Assembly: GCA_044507815.1 (NCBI GenBank)
Contig: JBIQIX010000001.1
Span: 207,124-271,123 of the forward strand
Length of the DNA stretch: 64,000 bases
Reading direction: 5' to 3'
From: Flavobacteriales bacterium
Lineage (GTDB): Bacteria > Bacteroidota > Bacteroidia > Flavobacteriales_F > PHOS-HE28
In this document: positions 36,651 through 45,016 of the stretch, piece by piece
Layout: every line of letters begins with the position of its first letter
Position numbering within the stretch: position 1 is the stretch's first letter
Notes under the pieces: generated by a model
Told to the model about the DNA's origin: nothing
The model's database searches: none
Seen by the model: only the letters and a program-made list of their open reading frames with translations
Position numbers and translations under genes: made by a program

Positions 36651-37514
36651 TTACGCGGCAGGCTGGTCCAGCAGGAAGGTTGGAAAGTGCGTCCGGCTCC
36701 CGGTAAATGCGGCCAGCATCGCCCCGTACTTCATCAGGAACTCCCGCGGGGTGAGGTCAAGCAGGGAATCGTGTGGTCGTTCTTGGTTGTAGCTCCAGAT
36801 GAACTGTGCCGTAAGGGCGTGCAGTTGCTCAAGGTCCTCGAACAGGTAGGCATCAAGCACTTCCTCCCGGTAGGTCCTGTTGAAGCGCTCGACCAGACCG
36901 TTCTGCATGGGACGCCCCTTCTCGATGAAGGTCAGCCCGATGCCATTGCGCTCTGCCCAGAGTTCCAATTCATGGGCAATGAACTCCGGGCCATTGTCCA
37001 CGCGCAAACGTTCGGGCTTGCCACGCCACTCGATCAGCTTGTCCAGTGCACGGATCACGTACTGCGACCGGATCGAGGTGTCCACCGTGATGTTCAGGGC
37101 CTCGCGGCCGAAGTCGTCGATCACGTTGAAGGTGCGCACGTTGGTGGCGTTCAAAAGCCGGTCGGCCATGAAATCCATGCTCCAAGTGATGTTCGGACCG
37201 ATGGGAAGGCACAGTGGTTGCTTCACTCGCTCCGGCACGCGTCTTTTGGTGGGCCGGCGCAGGTTGAGCCCGGCCGTGGTGTAGAGCCGGTGCAGCCGTT
37301 TGTGGTTCACCACGCGGCCATCCTTGCGCATGCGCTTGTACACCTTCCAAAAGCCCCAACTGGGCTTCTTCGTCACCCAGGCATTCATGTGCTCGATCAC
37401 CTCTATGTCGTCCTTGGGGCTGGGCACATAGCGGTATACGCTTTGGCTCAACCCCAGCAGTTTGCAGACCCGCCGAACACTGTGCTTGCACTGCGTCACA
37501 AGCCAATGTGCCAT
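36651..37514 (-). CDS. IS3-family transposase OrfB (DDE integrase core)
   Basis: …ITWSMDFM…VDNGPEF…LVERFNRTYREEVLD… rve-domain signature. Confidence 0.85.
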   Translation of the reverse strand: MAHWLVTQCKHSVRRVCKLLGLSQSVYRYVPSPKDDIEVIEHMNAWVTKKPSWGFWKVYKRMRKDGRVVNHKRLHRLYTTAGLNLRRPTKRRVPERVKQPLCLPIGPNITWSMDFMADRLLNATNVRTFNVIDDFGREALNITVDTSIRSQYVIRALDKLIEWRGKPERLRVDNGPEFIAHELELWAERNGIGLTFIEKGRPMQNGLVERFNRTYREEVLDAYLFEDLEQLHALTAQFIWSYNQERPHDSLLDLTPREFLMKYGAMLAAFTGSRTHFPTFLLDQPAA

Positions 37515-37533
37515 TCCCGCTTCTCGACGAGCC

Positions 37534-37800
37534 CTAGGGCTTTTTTCCCAGGATCTCCTTTAGGATGGCCTTGTCCAGGGTGAGGTCGGCCACCTTCAGC
37601 TTCAACTTGGTGTTCTCCTCCCGCAAGGCGCGCAGCTCCTTGAGTTCGCTCACGCCCATGCCGCCATACTTGGCCTTCCACTGGTAGAAGGTGGGCTGGC
37701 TCACGCCATGTTCCCTGCAGATCTCGGCCACCTTGCGGCCTTGTTCATGTTCGCGCAGCATCGCCACGATCTGCGCTTCCGTCCATTTGCTCTTCTTCAT
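37534..37800 (-). CDS. IS3-family transposase OrfA (HTH)
   Basis: MKKSKWTEAQIVAMLREHEQGRKVAEICREHGVSQPTFYQWKAKY… canonical IS3 OrfA; ends …LKEILGKKP at the AAAAAAG site. Confidence 0.85.
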   Translation of the reverse strand: MKKSKWTEAQIVAMLREHEQGRKVAEICREHGVSQPTFYQWKAKYGGMGVSELKELRALREENTKLKLKVADLTLDKAILKEILGKKP

Positions 37801-38050
37801 TGTTCCAAAGTTCAGGTGTTGGTGTGGATCCTACTTATCCACGCACCTGATTTCGGGGGAGCTTACAATGCAGCTCGAATCAGCGGTTGCGCGAACCCCT
37901 TCCCGGTATTGGGCCTAGGCACGGCGGCCAACGCCTTGTGTTGCATTTAGGAGCTATGCTGGAACCATGCACCACCAACTGCCGGATAATCCGTCAGTGC
38001 AAGGTCGGGGAAAGTGTCATAACTTTGCTCTGTCAATACCCATTCACACC

Positions 38051-38881
38051 ATGAGTGCACATCCCTACTTCGGCCCCAACATCAAGCTGCTGCGCACACG
38101 CCGCGGCCGCTCGCAGGAAGAAACCGCCACCGGACTGGACGTGAAACGCTCCAGCTGGAGCGGCTATGAGAACGGCAGCGCCGAGCCCTCGTTGGACCTG
38201 CTGGTGCGCATCAGCAGCTACTTCCGCGTGGGACTCGACCGCCTGCTGAAGGACGACCTTACCCAACTGAGCGAAAGCCAGCTCAGCATCTTGGAGCGCG
38301 GTGGCGATGTGGACCTCAGCGGCAGGCGCCTTCGCGTGCTGGCCAGTACCGTGGACCAGGCCGACCGCGAGAACATCGAGGTGGTGCACGAAAAGGCGAA
38401 AGCGGGGTACGCCCTCGGCTATGCCGATCCCGAGTACATCAGCGTGCTGCCCACCTTCCAAATGCCCTTCCTCAGCCGCGACCGCAAGTACCGCACCTTC
38501 CAGATCAGTGGCGACAGCATGCCACCGGTGGGCGAAGGCTCGTGGGTGACCGGGGAGTATGTGCAGAACTGGCAGACCATCCGCGATGGCCAGCCCTACA
38601 TCATTGTTACCAAGGAGGACGGCATCGTGTTCAAAGTGGTGTACAACCAGCTGAAGACCACCGGAGGGCTGTTGCTGTGCAGCACCAACCCGGCCTATCC
38701 GCCCTACGAGGTGCCCATCGCCGATGTGTTCGAGGTGTGGAAGTTCGTCAACTTCATCAGCAGCGAGCTGCCCGAGCCCAACCTCAGCCGCGATGAACTT
38801 TCGCGCAGCGTGATGGACCTGCGCAAGGAAGTGGGCCAATTGCGCATGGCCATGGAGAAGCAGGGCCGCTTGGCACTGTGA
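38051..38881 (+). CDS. XRE-family HTH regulator fused to S24 (LexA/UmuD-like) peptidase domain
   Basis: N-terminal HTH_3 (…LRTRRGRSQEETATGLDVKRSSWSGYENG…), C-terminal …FQISGDSMPP… Ser nucleophile motif of S24. Confidence 0.7.
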   Translation: MSAHPYFGPNIKLLRTRRGRSQEETATGLDVKRSSWSGYENGSAEPSLDLLVRISSYFRVGLDRLLKDDLTQLSESQLSILERGGDVDLSGRRLRVLASTVDQADRENIEVVHEKAKAGYALGYADPEYISVLPTFQMPFLSRDRKYRTFQISGDSMPPVGEGSWVTGEYVQNWQTIRDGQPYIIVTKEDGIVFKVVYNQLKTTGGLLLCSTNPAYPPYEVPIADVFEVWKFVNFISSELPEPNLSRDELSRSVMDLRKEVGQLRMAMEKQGRLAL

Positions 38882-38948
38882 TGCAGCCGTGGCAGCAAGC
38901 CTTGGGGCGGTGCATACCTTGGCCGCCAATGGGTAAGCAGCACCAGCC

Positions 38949-39155
38949 ATGAACAGGGGAGGCTTTTCCTGGAAGCGGCTCATCGGCATTTCACGGGTGA
39001 AGTCGAACGTCTCACGGAAGATCGGCATACCGCTCACCCGCAGCGGGCGCAACCAAAAGATCGGCCGCATGGCGACCAAGGGCTGCTTCGGTTCACTGTC
39101 CATCTTCGCCGCAGCCCTTGCCTTGGTGCTCTTCATGTTGAATAACTGGCCGTGA
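38949..39155 (+). CDS. small hypothetical membrane-anchored protein
   Basis: 68-aa ORF, basic N-terminus, C-terminal TM helix (LSIFAAALALVLFML); stop overlaps GTG start of next gene (GTGA). Confidence 0.35.
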   Translation: MNRGGFSWKRLIGISRVKSNVSRKIGIPLTRSGRNQKIGRMATKGCFGSLSIFAAALALVLFMLNNWP

Positions 39156-40348
39156 GCACACCCGGGACACAGCACTTGGCCGTGAAGCTGCAGCCTGCGG
39201 CCGAACGCGCCGTGCGTAGCGGGCATCCGTGGGTATTCTCCGATGGAATTGAAAAATTGAGCCCCCAAGGCCGCGCCGGCGACCTGGCCATGATCTTTAG
39301 CCGGGGCACCAACAAGTTGATGGCCATAGGGCTGTTCGACCCGGGCTCGCCCATGCGCATAAAAGTGCTGCACCATGGTGGCCCGCAGCGCATCGACGCA
39401 GACTTTTTCCGCGCGGGCCTGCAACGTGCATGGGAGCGCCGCAGGCCCGTGTTCAGCGTTACCAATGCCTACCGCATGCTTTTCGGCGAAAACGACGGGT
39501 TCCCGGCACTGGTGGTGGACATTTATGACCATGTGGCCGTGATGAAGGTCTATTCCCCGATCTGGTTCACCCGCTTGGGGCTGCTGGCGCATGAAGTGGC
39601 CGCGGTGGCCGGCAGCGGCGCGGTGGTGGTGCGTTTCTCGCGCATGGCGCTTGCCGCCGGCCCGCCCGTGCCCGAAGGCACCGTGCTGATCGGCACCCTG
39701 CCCTCGCCCGAGGTCGTTTTTCATGAGCACGGCGTGCGCTTGAAGGCAGACCTGCTGCACGGCCACAAGACCGGTTTTTTCCTGGATCACAGGGCCAACC
39801 GGCACAAGGTGGGGCACATGGCCCGTGGCAAGCGCGTGCTCGATGTGTTTAGCTACGCCGGGGGCTTTGCCGTGCATGCGCTTTGCGGCGGCGCCGTGGA
39901 GGCCACAAGCGTGGACATCAGCTTACCGGCCCTGCAGGCCGCAGCGGATAACGCCACGCTGAACGGGGTGGGGGAAAGGCTGCGCACGGTGCAGGGCGAT
40001 GCCTTCCAGCGCCTGCGTGAAATGGTGGCGGAGGGCCGACGATACGACATGGTGGTGATCGATCCGCCCGCATTCGCCAAAAGCCGTGCAGAGGCACCGG
40101 GCGCGCTGGAGAAATACGCCGACCTGGCGGTGCTGGGCGCACGCTTGGCCGCACCGGGCGGACTGTTGGTGCTCGCCTCTTGCTCCTCGCGGGTGGCCAC
40201 GGAAGCATTCCTGGACGCCCATGCCAGGGCCTTTCACGAGCAACGCATCAGCACTCACCTATTGGAGGTTACCGGCCACGACATCGATCACCCCATCGGT
40301 TTTCCCGAAGGAGCCTACCTGAAGACAGCCTATTACAAACTGGCCTAA
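39152..40348 (+). CDS. class I SAM-dependent rRNA (cytosine-C5) methyltransferase, RlmI-like
   Basis: N-terminal PUA-like (…RSGHPWVFSDGIEK…), …VLDVFSYAGGFAVHA… SAM motif I, …VIDPPAF… motif IV; GTG start. Confidence 0.7.
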   Translation: MSTPGTQHLAVKLQPAAERAVRSGHPWVFSDGIEKLSPQGRAGDLAMIFSRGTNKLMAIGLFDPGSPMRIKVLHHGGPQRIDADFFRAGLQRAWERRRPVFSVTNAYRMLFGENDGFPALVVDIYDHVAVMKVYSPIWFTRLGLLAHEVAAVAGSGAVVVRFSRMALAAGPPVPEGTVLIGTLPSPEVVFHEHGVRLKADLLHGHKTGFFLDHRANRHKVGHMARGKRVLDVFSYAGGFAVHALCGGAVEATSVDISLPALQAAADNATLNGVGERLRTVQGDAFQRLREMVAEGRRYDMVVIDPPAFAKSRAEAPGALEKYADLAVLGARLAAPGGLLVLASCSSRVATEAFLDAHARAFHEQRISTHLLEVTGHDIDHPIGFPEGAYLKTAYYKLA

Positions 40349-40425
40349 GTACCACGCACGGCCACGATCCACGGCCATGCATGCGGCCCAACGCGGCGTT
40401 CTACCTTTGGGGGAAATCACCGCGA

Positions 40426-41124
40426 ATGCCCAACGCATCGGCCCGCGCCCACGGAAGCCTTCTCAAATTGACGATCATCGCATTGGTGGTGCTGGCCACG
40501 GGCTGCATTACCATTGAGGAACACTACACGTTCAAAAAGAACGGCTCGGGCACCATGGAATACGTGATGGACATGAGCGCCTTCCGCGAGCTGATGAAAT
40601 CGCTTCCCACGGGCGAGGCGGAAAAGAACGGCGGCAAGGACGACCTGCCCCGCGTCGGTTCCGCATTGTCCGATAAGGTGAAAACACTGAAACAACTGGC
40701 CGGCATCAAGAAGGTGAAATTGAAGGAGGAACAGGACGGCTACGTGGAACGGGTGAGCTTTGCCTTTGCCGACTTGCCGGCGCTGAACCGCGCGCTGAAC
40801 GTGCTGATGCCGGACAGCCTCAACCCCCACCAGGAATTTTTCCGCTGGGAAGGGAATGCTTTGGTGCGCAAGGGCAACAGCTACGCCAACCAGTTGGCCC
40901 AGGAGCTCACCACGGATGCCGATTCCGCCATGCAGGCCGATCTTCTCTCGAACATGAAGTACAAGTTCAGCTTTGCCTTCGCCAAGCCCGTGGGCGAGGT
41001 GACCTTGGCGGAAGGCATAACGCGGGAAGACCCGAAACCCAAAACCTTGGAACTTGCCACCGATTGGTCTGTGCTCAGCGGCAACCCCAGGGCATTGGAT
41101 ATGCGCATCACCTTGGCCGAATGA
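40426..41124 (+). CDS. hypothetical lipoprotein
   Basis: Lipobox …IIALVVLATGCITIEE after ATG 40426; no recognised domain. Confidence 0.5.
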   Translation: MPNASARAHGSLLKLTIIALVVLATGCITIEEHYTFKKNGSGTMEYVMDMSAFRELMKSLPTGEAEKNGGKDDLPRVGSALSDKVKTLKQLAGIKKVKLKEEQDGYVERVSFAFADLPALNRALNVLMPDSLNPHQEFFRWEGNALVRKGNSYANQLAQELTTDADSAMQADLLSNMKYKFSFAFAKPVGEVTLAEGITREDPKPKTLELATDWSVLSGNPRALDMRITLAE

Positions 41125-41576
41125 GCAACCCGGTCGATGAACTTGCGCTGGAACGCGGCATACGGCTGGCGGTGAAGGTGCACAAGGGGCAGAAGGACCG
41201 TTTCCACAAGCCCTTCATTTTGCATGTGCTGCGTGTAATGGCGCGCGGCAGGGACCTGGAGGAACAGCTGTTGGGCGTGCTGCACGATGTGCTCGAGCGC
41301 AGTGAGTTGACCCCGGACGACCTGCTTGAAAAAGGCATTCCGCCGCATGTACTGGTTGCACTGGACCACATTTCACGCCGCAGCGACGAGGACTACGCCG
41401 GCTACATTGAACGCGTGGCCCGGAACGACCTGGCGCGGCGCGTGAAGCTGCACGACCTGGCGGACAAGATGGACCTGCAGCAAATGCCCGCGCTGGAGCC
41501 GGCCGACATCAAGCGCTTCAACCGGCAACTGACCGCCTTCCACCGGCTTTCGGCCGCCGGACCGTCCGGCATTTGA
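41121..41576 (+). CDS. small HD-domain protein, (p)ppGpp-hydrolase (Mesh1/SAH)-like
   Basis: …VKVHKGQKDRFHKPFILHVLRV…LGVLHDVLE…KLHDLADKM… resembles RelA/SpoT HD hydrolase motifs; ATGA coupling to upstream lipoprotein gene. Confidence 0.5.
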   Translation: MSNPVDELALERGIRLAVKVHKGQKDRFHKPFILHVLRVMARGRDLEEQLLGVLHDVLERSELTPDDLLEKGIPPHVLVALDHISRRSDEDYAGYIERVARNDLARRVKLHDLADKMDLQQMPALEPADIKRFNRQLTAFHRLSAAGPSGI

Positions 41577-41629
41577 GCCACCCGCCCGTGGACCGCGCCG
41601 TTATATTCGCCTCCCATTCAAAACCGCAC

Positions 41630-43666
41630 ATGCAACGTATTCTCCTGGCCGCAATGGCCGTAACGCTGGTGTCCGCCTGCAGCACACCGGACGGAAAAAA
41701 GAAGGGCCAGCAGGCCGATACCACGGCCGCGGACACCTTCCGGTGGGAAACCGAGCAATTCAGTGATGTGCGCATTCTGCGCTACCAAGTGCCCGGCTGG
41801 GAACAGCTGGACCTGCAGCAAAAGAAGCTGGCCTATTACCTCACCATGGCAGGCCTTAGCGGCCGCGACATCATGTGGGACCAGAACTACCGCCACAACC
41901 TGCAGGTGCGCCGGGCGCTGGAGAAGATCCTGAACGACTACAAGGGCGAGCGAAGCGGCAACGACTGGGACGCCTTCCTGGTGTACGCCAAGGAAATTTT
42001 CTTCGCCAACGGCATCCACCATCACTATGGCATGCAGAAGTTCACCCCGGCCTTCCCCAGGGGTTATTTCGATTCCCTGGTGCAGGGCAGCGGGGCCACC
42101 ATTGACCCCAACGTGGTGGACATCCTCTTCGACCCCGCCGTGGATGCCAAGAAAGTAAGCCTGGACAAGGACAAGGACCTGGTGCTGGCCTCGGCGGTCA
42201 ATTTCTATGGCGACGACATCAACGCCAAGGAAGTGGAGGCATTCTACAAGGCCATGGAAGTGAAAGGGGACACAACGCCGGTGAGCTACGGGCTGAACAG
42301 CAAGTTGGTGCGCGGCGCCAACGGCAAGCTGAAGGAAGAACCTTGGCGCGTGGGCGGCATGTACGGTGCAGCCCTGGCCGAATGCGTGAAATGGCTGGAA
42401 CTGGCCCAGGGCGTGGCCGGGAATGAGCAGCAGCGCAAGGCCATTGGCCTGCTGGCCGAATACTACCGCTCCGGCGACCTGAAGATCTGGGACGAGTTCA
42501 ACGTGGCCTGGGTGCAGGATACCCTGAGCACGGTGGACTTCATACACGGCTTCGTGGAAGTGTACAACGATCCGCTGGGCAAGCGCGGCTCATTTGAAAG
42601 CATCGTGGAGGTGATCGACCCGGTGGCCACCAAGAACATGGAAGTGATCCAGAAAAATGCCCAATGGTTCGAGGACCATGCGCCCCTGATGCCCGAGCAC
42701 CGCAAGAAAAAAGTGGTGGGCATCAGCTACCGCTTCATCAATGCCGTGGGCGAGGCAGGCGATGCCGCACCCGCCACCCCGATCGGGGTGAACCTGCCAA
42801 ACGCCGACTGGATCCGCAAGGACCATGGCAGCAAGAGCATCAGCCTGGGCAACATCATCGATGCCTACAACAAAAGCAGCGGCATGGGTGCCTTGAAGGA
42901 GTTCTGCTATGATCAGGCCGAGATCGACCGGGCCCGCAAGTACGGCACCCTGGGCGACAACCTGCACACCGCCCTGCACGAGGTGGTGGGCCATGCCAGC
43001 GGCCAGATCGAACCCGGCGTGGCCGGGCCCGACGCCACGCTGAAAAGCTACGCCAGCACCATGGAGGAAGGGCGAGCAGACCTGGTGGCGCTCTACTTCC
43101 TCATGGACCCCCACATGGTGGAATTGGGCCTCATGCCTTCCTTGGAGGTGGGCAAGGCCGAATACGAAAGCTACATCCGTAACGGCCTGATGGTGCAGTT
43201 GCGCAGGTTGAAACTGGGCGACCAGGTGGAGGAGTCGCACATGCGCAACCGCCAATGGGTGAGCGCTTGGGCCTACGAGCGCGGCATGGCCGACAGCGTG
43301 ATCGTGAAGACCGTGCGCGATGGCAACACCTATTACAGGGTGCGCGACTTTGATAAGCTCCGCGCCATTTTCGGGGAACTGCTGCGGGAAGTGCAGCGCA
43401 TCAAGAGCCAAGGAGATTTCCAGGCCGCGCACGACCTGGTGGAGAACTATGGGGTAAAGGTGGACCCGGCGCTGCATGCCGAGGTGCTCAAGCGCGCCGA
43501 GAACATCAAGACCGCGCCGTATGCCGGGTTCATTCAACCAGAACTGGTGCCCGTGACCAATGCCAACGGCGAGATCACCGACATCAAGCTGGAATACCCC
43601 ACGGACTTCCTCAAGCAAATGCTCGATTACGGCAAGCGCTTCAGCTTTCTGCCGAACGACAACTAG
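41630..43666 (+). CDS. dipeptidyl-peptidase III (M49 family) lipoprotein
   Basis: Lipobox MQRILLAAMAVTLVSACS; zinc motifs LHEVVGHASG (HExxGH) and EEGRADLVALYF (EExxAE). Confidence 0.75.
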   Translation: MQRILLAAMAVTLVSACSTPDGKKKGQQADTTAADTFRWETEQFSDVRILRYQVPGWEQLDLQQKKLAYYLTMAGLSGRDIMWDQNYRHNLQVRRALEKILNDYKGERSGNDWDAFLVYAKEIFFANGIHHHYGMQKFTPAFPRGYFDSLVQGSGATIDPNVVDILFDPAVDAKKVSLDKDKDLVLASAVNFYGDDINAKEVEAFYKAMEVKGDTTPVSYGLNSKLVRGANGKLKEEPWRVGGMYGAALAECVKWLELAQGVAGNEQQRKAIGLLAEYYRSGDLKIWDEFNVAWVQDTLSTVDFIHGFVEVYNDPLGKRGSFESIVEVIDPVATKNMEVIQKNAQWFEDHAPLMPEHRKKKVVGISYRFINAVGEAGDAAPATPIGVNLPNADWIRKDHGSKSISLGNIIDAYNKSSGMGALKEFCYDQAEIDRARKYGTLGDNLHTALHEVVGHASGQIEPGVAGPDATLKSYASTMEEGRADLVALYFLMDPHMVELGLMPSLEVGKAEYESYIRNGLMVQLRRLKLGDQVEESHMRNRQWVSAWAYERGMADSVIVKTVRDGNTYYRVRDFDKLRAIFGELLREVQRIKSQGDFQAAHDLVENYGVKVDPALHAEVLKRAENIKTAPYAGFIQPELVPVTNANGEITDIKLEYPTDFLKQMLDYGKRFSFLPNDN

Positions 43667-43715
43667 CCCGGCCGCGAAAAATCGGTGCAGCGTGCCGAGC
43701 GATCGAACAGGCAAC

Positions 43716-43723
43716 TATATTTG
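43716..43723 (+). promoter_or_regulatory. Bacteroidetes-type -7 promoter element TATATTTG (TAnnTTTG) upstream of tRNA-Leu
   Basis: Perfect match to sigma-A (Bacteroidetes) -7 consensus ~30 nt upstream of tRNA 5' end. Confidence 0.4.
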
Positions 43724-43753
43724 CGCCCCCGTAGGGAAACCGAGGGGTGACAT

Positions 43754-43840
43754 ACCGGAGTGGCGGAATTGGTAGACGCGCACGTTTCAGGGGCGTGTGA
43801 CCGAAAGGTTGTAAGGGTTCGACTCCCTTCTCCGGTACCA
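43754..43840 (+). tRNA. tRNA-Leu (anticodon CAG), type II with long variable arm
   Basis: Acceptor ACCGGAG/CTCCGGT, D-arm GGCGGAATTGGTAGACGC, anticodon stem CACGT/GCGTG with loop TTCAGGG (U33, CAG, G37), long variable arm TGACCGAAAGGTTGTAA, T-arm GGGTTCGACTCCC, discriminator A, encoded CCA. Confidence 0.85.
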
Positions 43841-43844
43841 GCAG

Positions 43845-43870
43845 AGCGGCGCAAGCCGCTTTGTTGTTTC
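43845..43870 (+). terminator. rho-independent terminator after tRNA-Leu
   Basis: AGCGGC-GCAA-GCCGCT hairpin followed by TTGTTGTTTCC. Confidence 0.6.
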
Positions 43871-43970
43871 CGGTACCTGCGTACGGCCGGCCCAATACCG
43901 ATCTCGCCCGATCAGGAACTGGCCAGTTTGGCAATAGGACGAATGGACGGATTCGCCAATTCGTGGGTGG

Positions 43971-44855
43971 CTACTGCAAGCGCAGGGTTTGGCCCACGCG
44001 CAGCGTACTGCTGGCCGAAATGCGGTTCATCTTGCACAGGCGGTTCACCGCAATGCCCGTGCGCCGCGATATGGCGTACAGCGTATCGCCCTTGCGCACC
44101 CTGTAATGGCCCGCACGGTTGCCGGCCGGGATCTGGAAGCTGCGCGGTGTTACCGAGTAAGTGTCGCAATGCAGGGTGCCTGCGGCCAGGTCAAAGATCT
44201 GTTCGGGGTTGATGGGGTGCCCCAGGTAGCGCGTTTCAAAATGAAGGTGGCTGCCCGTGGACCGGCCCGTGGAGCCGCCGAGCCCAAGCACATCGCCTGC
44301 CTCAACGTCATCGCCCACATCAACCAACCGCTTGCTCAAGTGCCCGTAAAGCGTTTCCAGTCCATTGGGGTGGCGCACCACCACCACATGCCCAAAGTCG
44401 CGGTGGTAGCGTGAAATGCGCACCTTGCCCGCGAAGGCGCTCATTACCGTATCCCCCGTTTGCAGCTTGATGTCAGTACCATAATGGTGCCGGCCGTGCC
44501 GCATGCCGAAGGGCGAGGTTACATGCCCCAAGATCGGCATGGCGTGATCACAGGCGGCCCAGGCCAAGCGAAGGTCCACCGTGTCGGTCACCGACGAGCG
44601 ACGGCCGAAGATCTGGTCCGTGTTCCAATCGCCGTAGGTGCCGTAGGCAGGAATGAAAAATGCCGAGTCGGCGGCGCTCCATTCCATGGCCTCCTCATGC
44701 AGGTCATCCATCACCAATCCCGAGCCAGCCTCCTCGTAACTGCTGCTGTCCTCGGGCCCGCCGATGGCGGTGGTGTCCACTTGCCCCAGAACGGGCTGCA
44801 ACATCGCCGCCCACAGCAACAGCGAGCATGCGATGGAAATGGTTTTTTCCGTCAT
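43971..44855 (-). CDS. M23-family metallopeptidase with C-terminal LysM domain
   Basis: …HYGTDI…GDTVMSAFAGKV…GHVVVVRHPNGLETLYGHL…GSTGRSTGSHLHFE… M23 motifs; C-terminal …YRVRKGDTLYAISRRTGIAVNRLCKMN… LysM; signal peptide after Met at 44855. Confidence 0.75.
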   Translation of the reverse strand: MTEKTISIACSLLLWAAMLQPVLGQVDTTAIGGPEDSSSYEEAGSGLVMDDLHEEAMEWSAADSAFFIPAYGTYGDWNTDQIFGRRSSVTDTVDLRLAWAACDHAMPILGHVTSPFGMRHGRHHYGTDIKLQTGDTVMSAFAGKVRISRYHRDFGHVVVVRHPNGLETLYGHLSKRLVDVGDDVEAGDVLGLGGSTGRSTGSHLHFETRYLGHPINPEQIFDLAAGTLHCDTYSVTPRSFQIPAGNRAGHYRVRKGDTLYAISRRTGIAVNRLCKMNRISASSTLRVGQTLRLQ

Positions 44856-45016
44856 GGCGCGCAAAACTATCCGCGAGGCCGAACCTTGCAACCGGGCATA
44901 CCCATTGATCGTCAACAACTCCGCCTGATTTTTATCACTGTGTGAACTTTCCCTTTATCCACGCACGATCCAGGGCCGCCCACCATCTTTGTGCCCCCGG
45001 TTAAGGATCGTTAAGC

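Larger units (their letters stand above)
36425..37867 (-). mobile_element. IS3-family insertion sequence (1443 bp) with terminal inverted repeats
   Basis: Left end TGTAAGCTCCCCCTGATCAGGTACACGGG (36425→) vs reverse complement of right end TGTAAGCTCCCCCGAAATCAGGTGCGTGG (←37867): ~26-bp imperfect IRs beginning TG…; OrfA + OrfB DDE transposase; A_AAA_AAG slippery heptamer. Confidence 0.8.

Noticed and set aside
38033-39877. 614-aa minus-strand ORF
   Set aside because: Lies antisense across two well-supported plus-strand genes (XRE/S24 regulator and RlmI-like methyltransferase). Amino-acid composition is Ala/Gly/His-rich GC-frame noise typical of shadow ORFs in high-GC DNA.
44935-44975. 12-13 nt match (TTATCCACGCAC) to the IS3 right inverted-repeat-adjacent sequence
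   Set aside because: Too short, and not flanked by the rest of the IR, to call a solo IR remnant; possibly chance.
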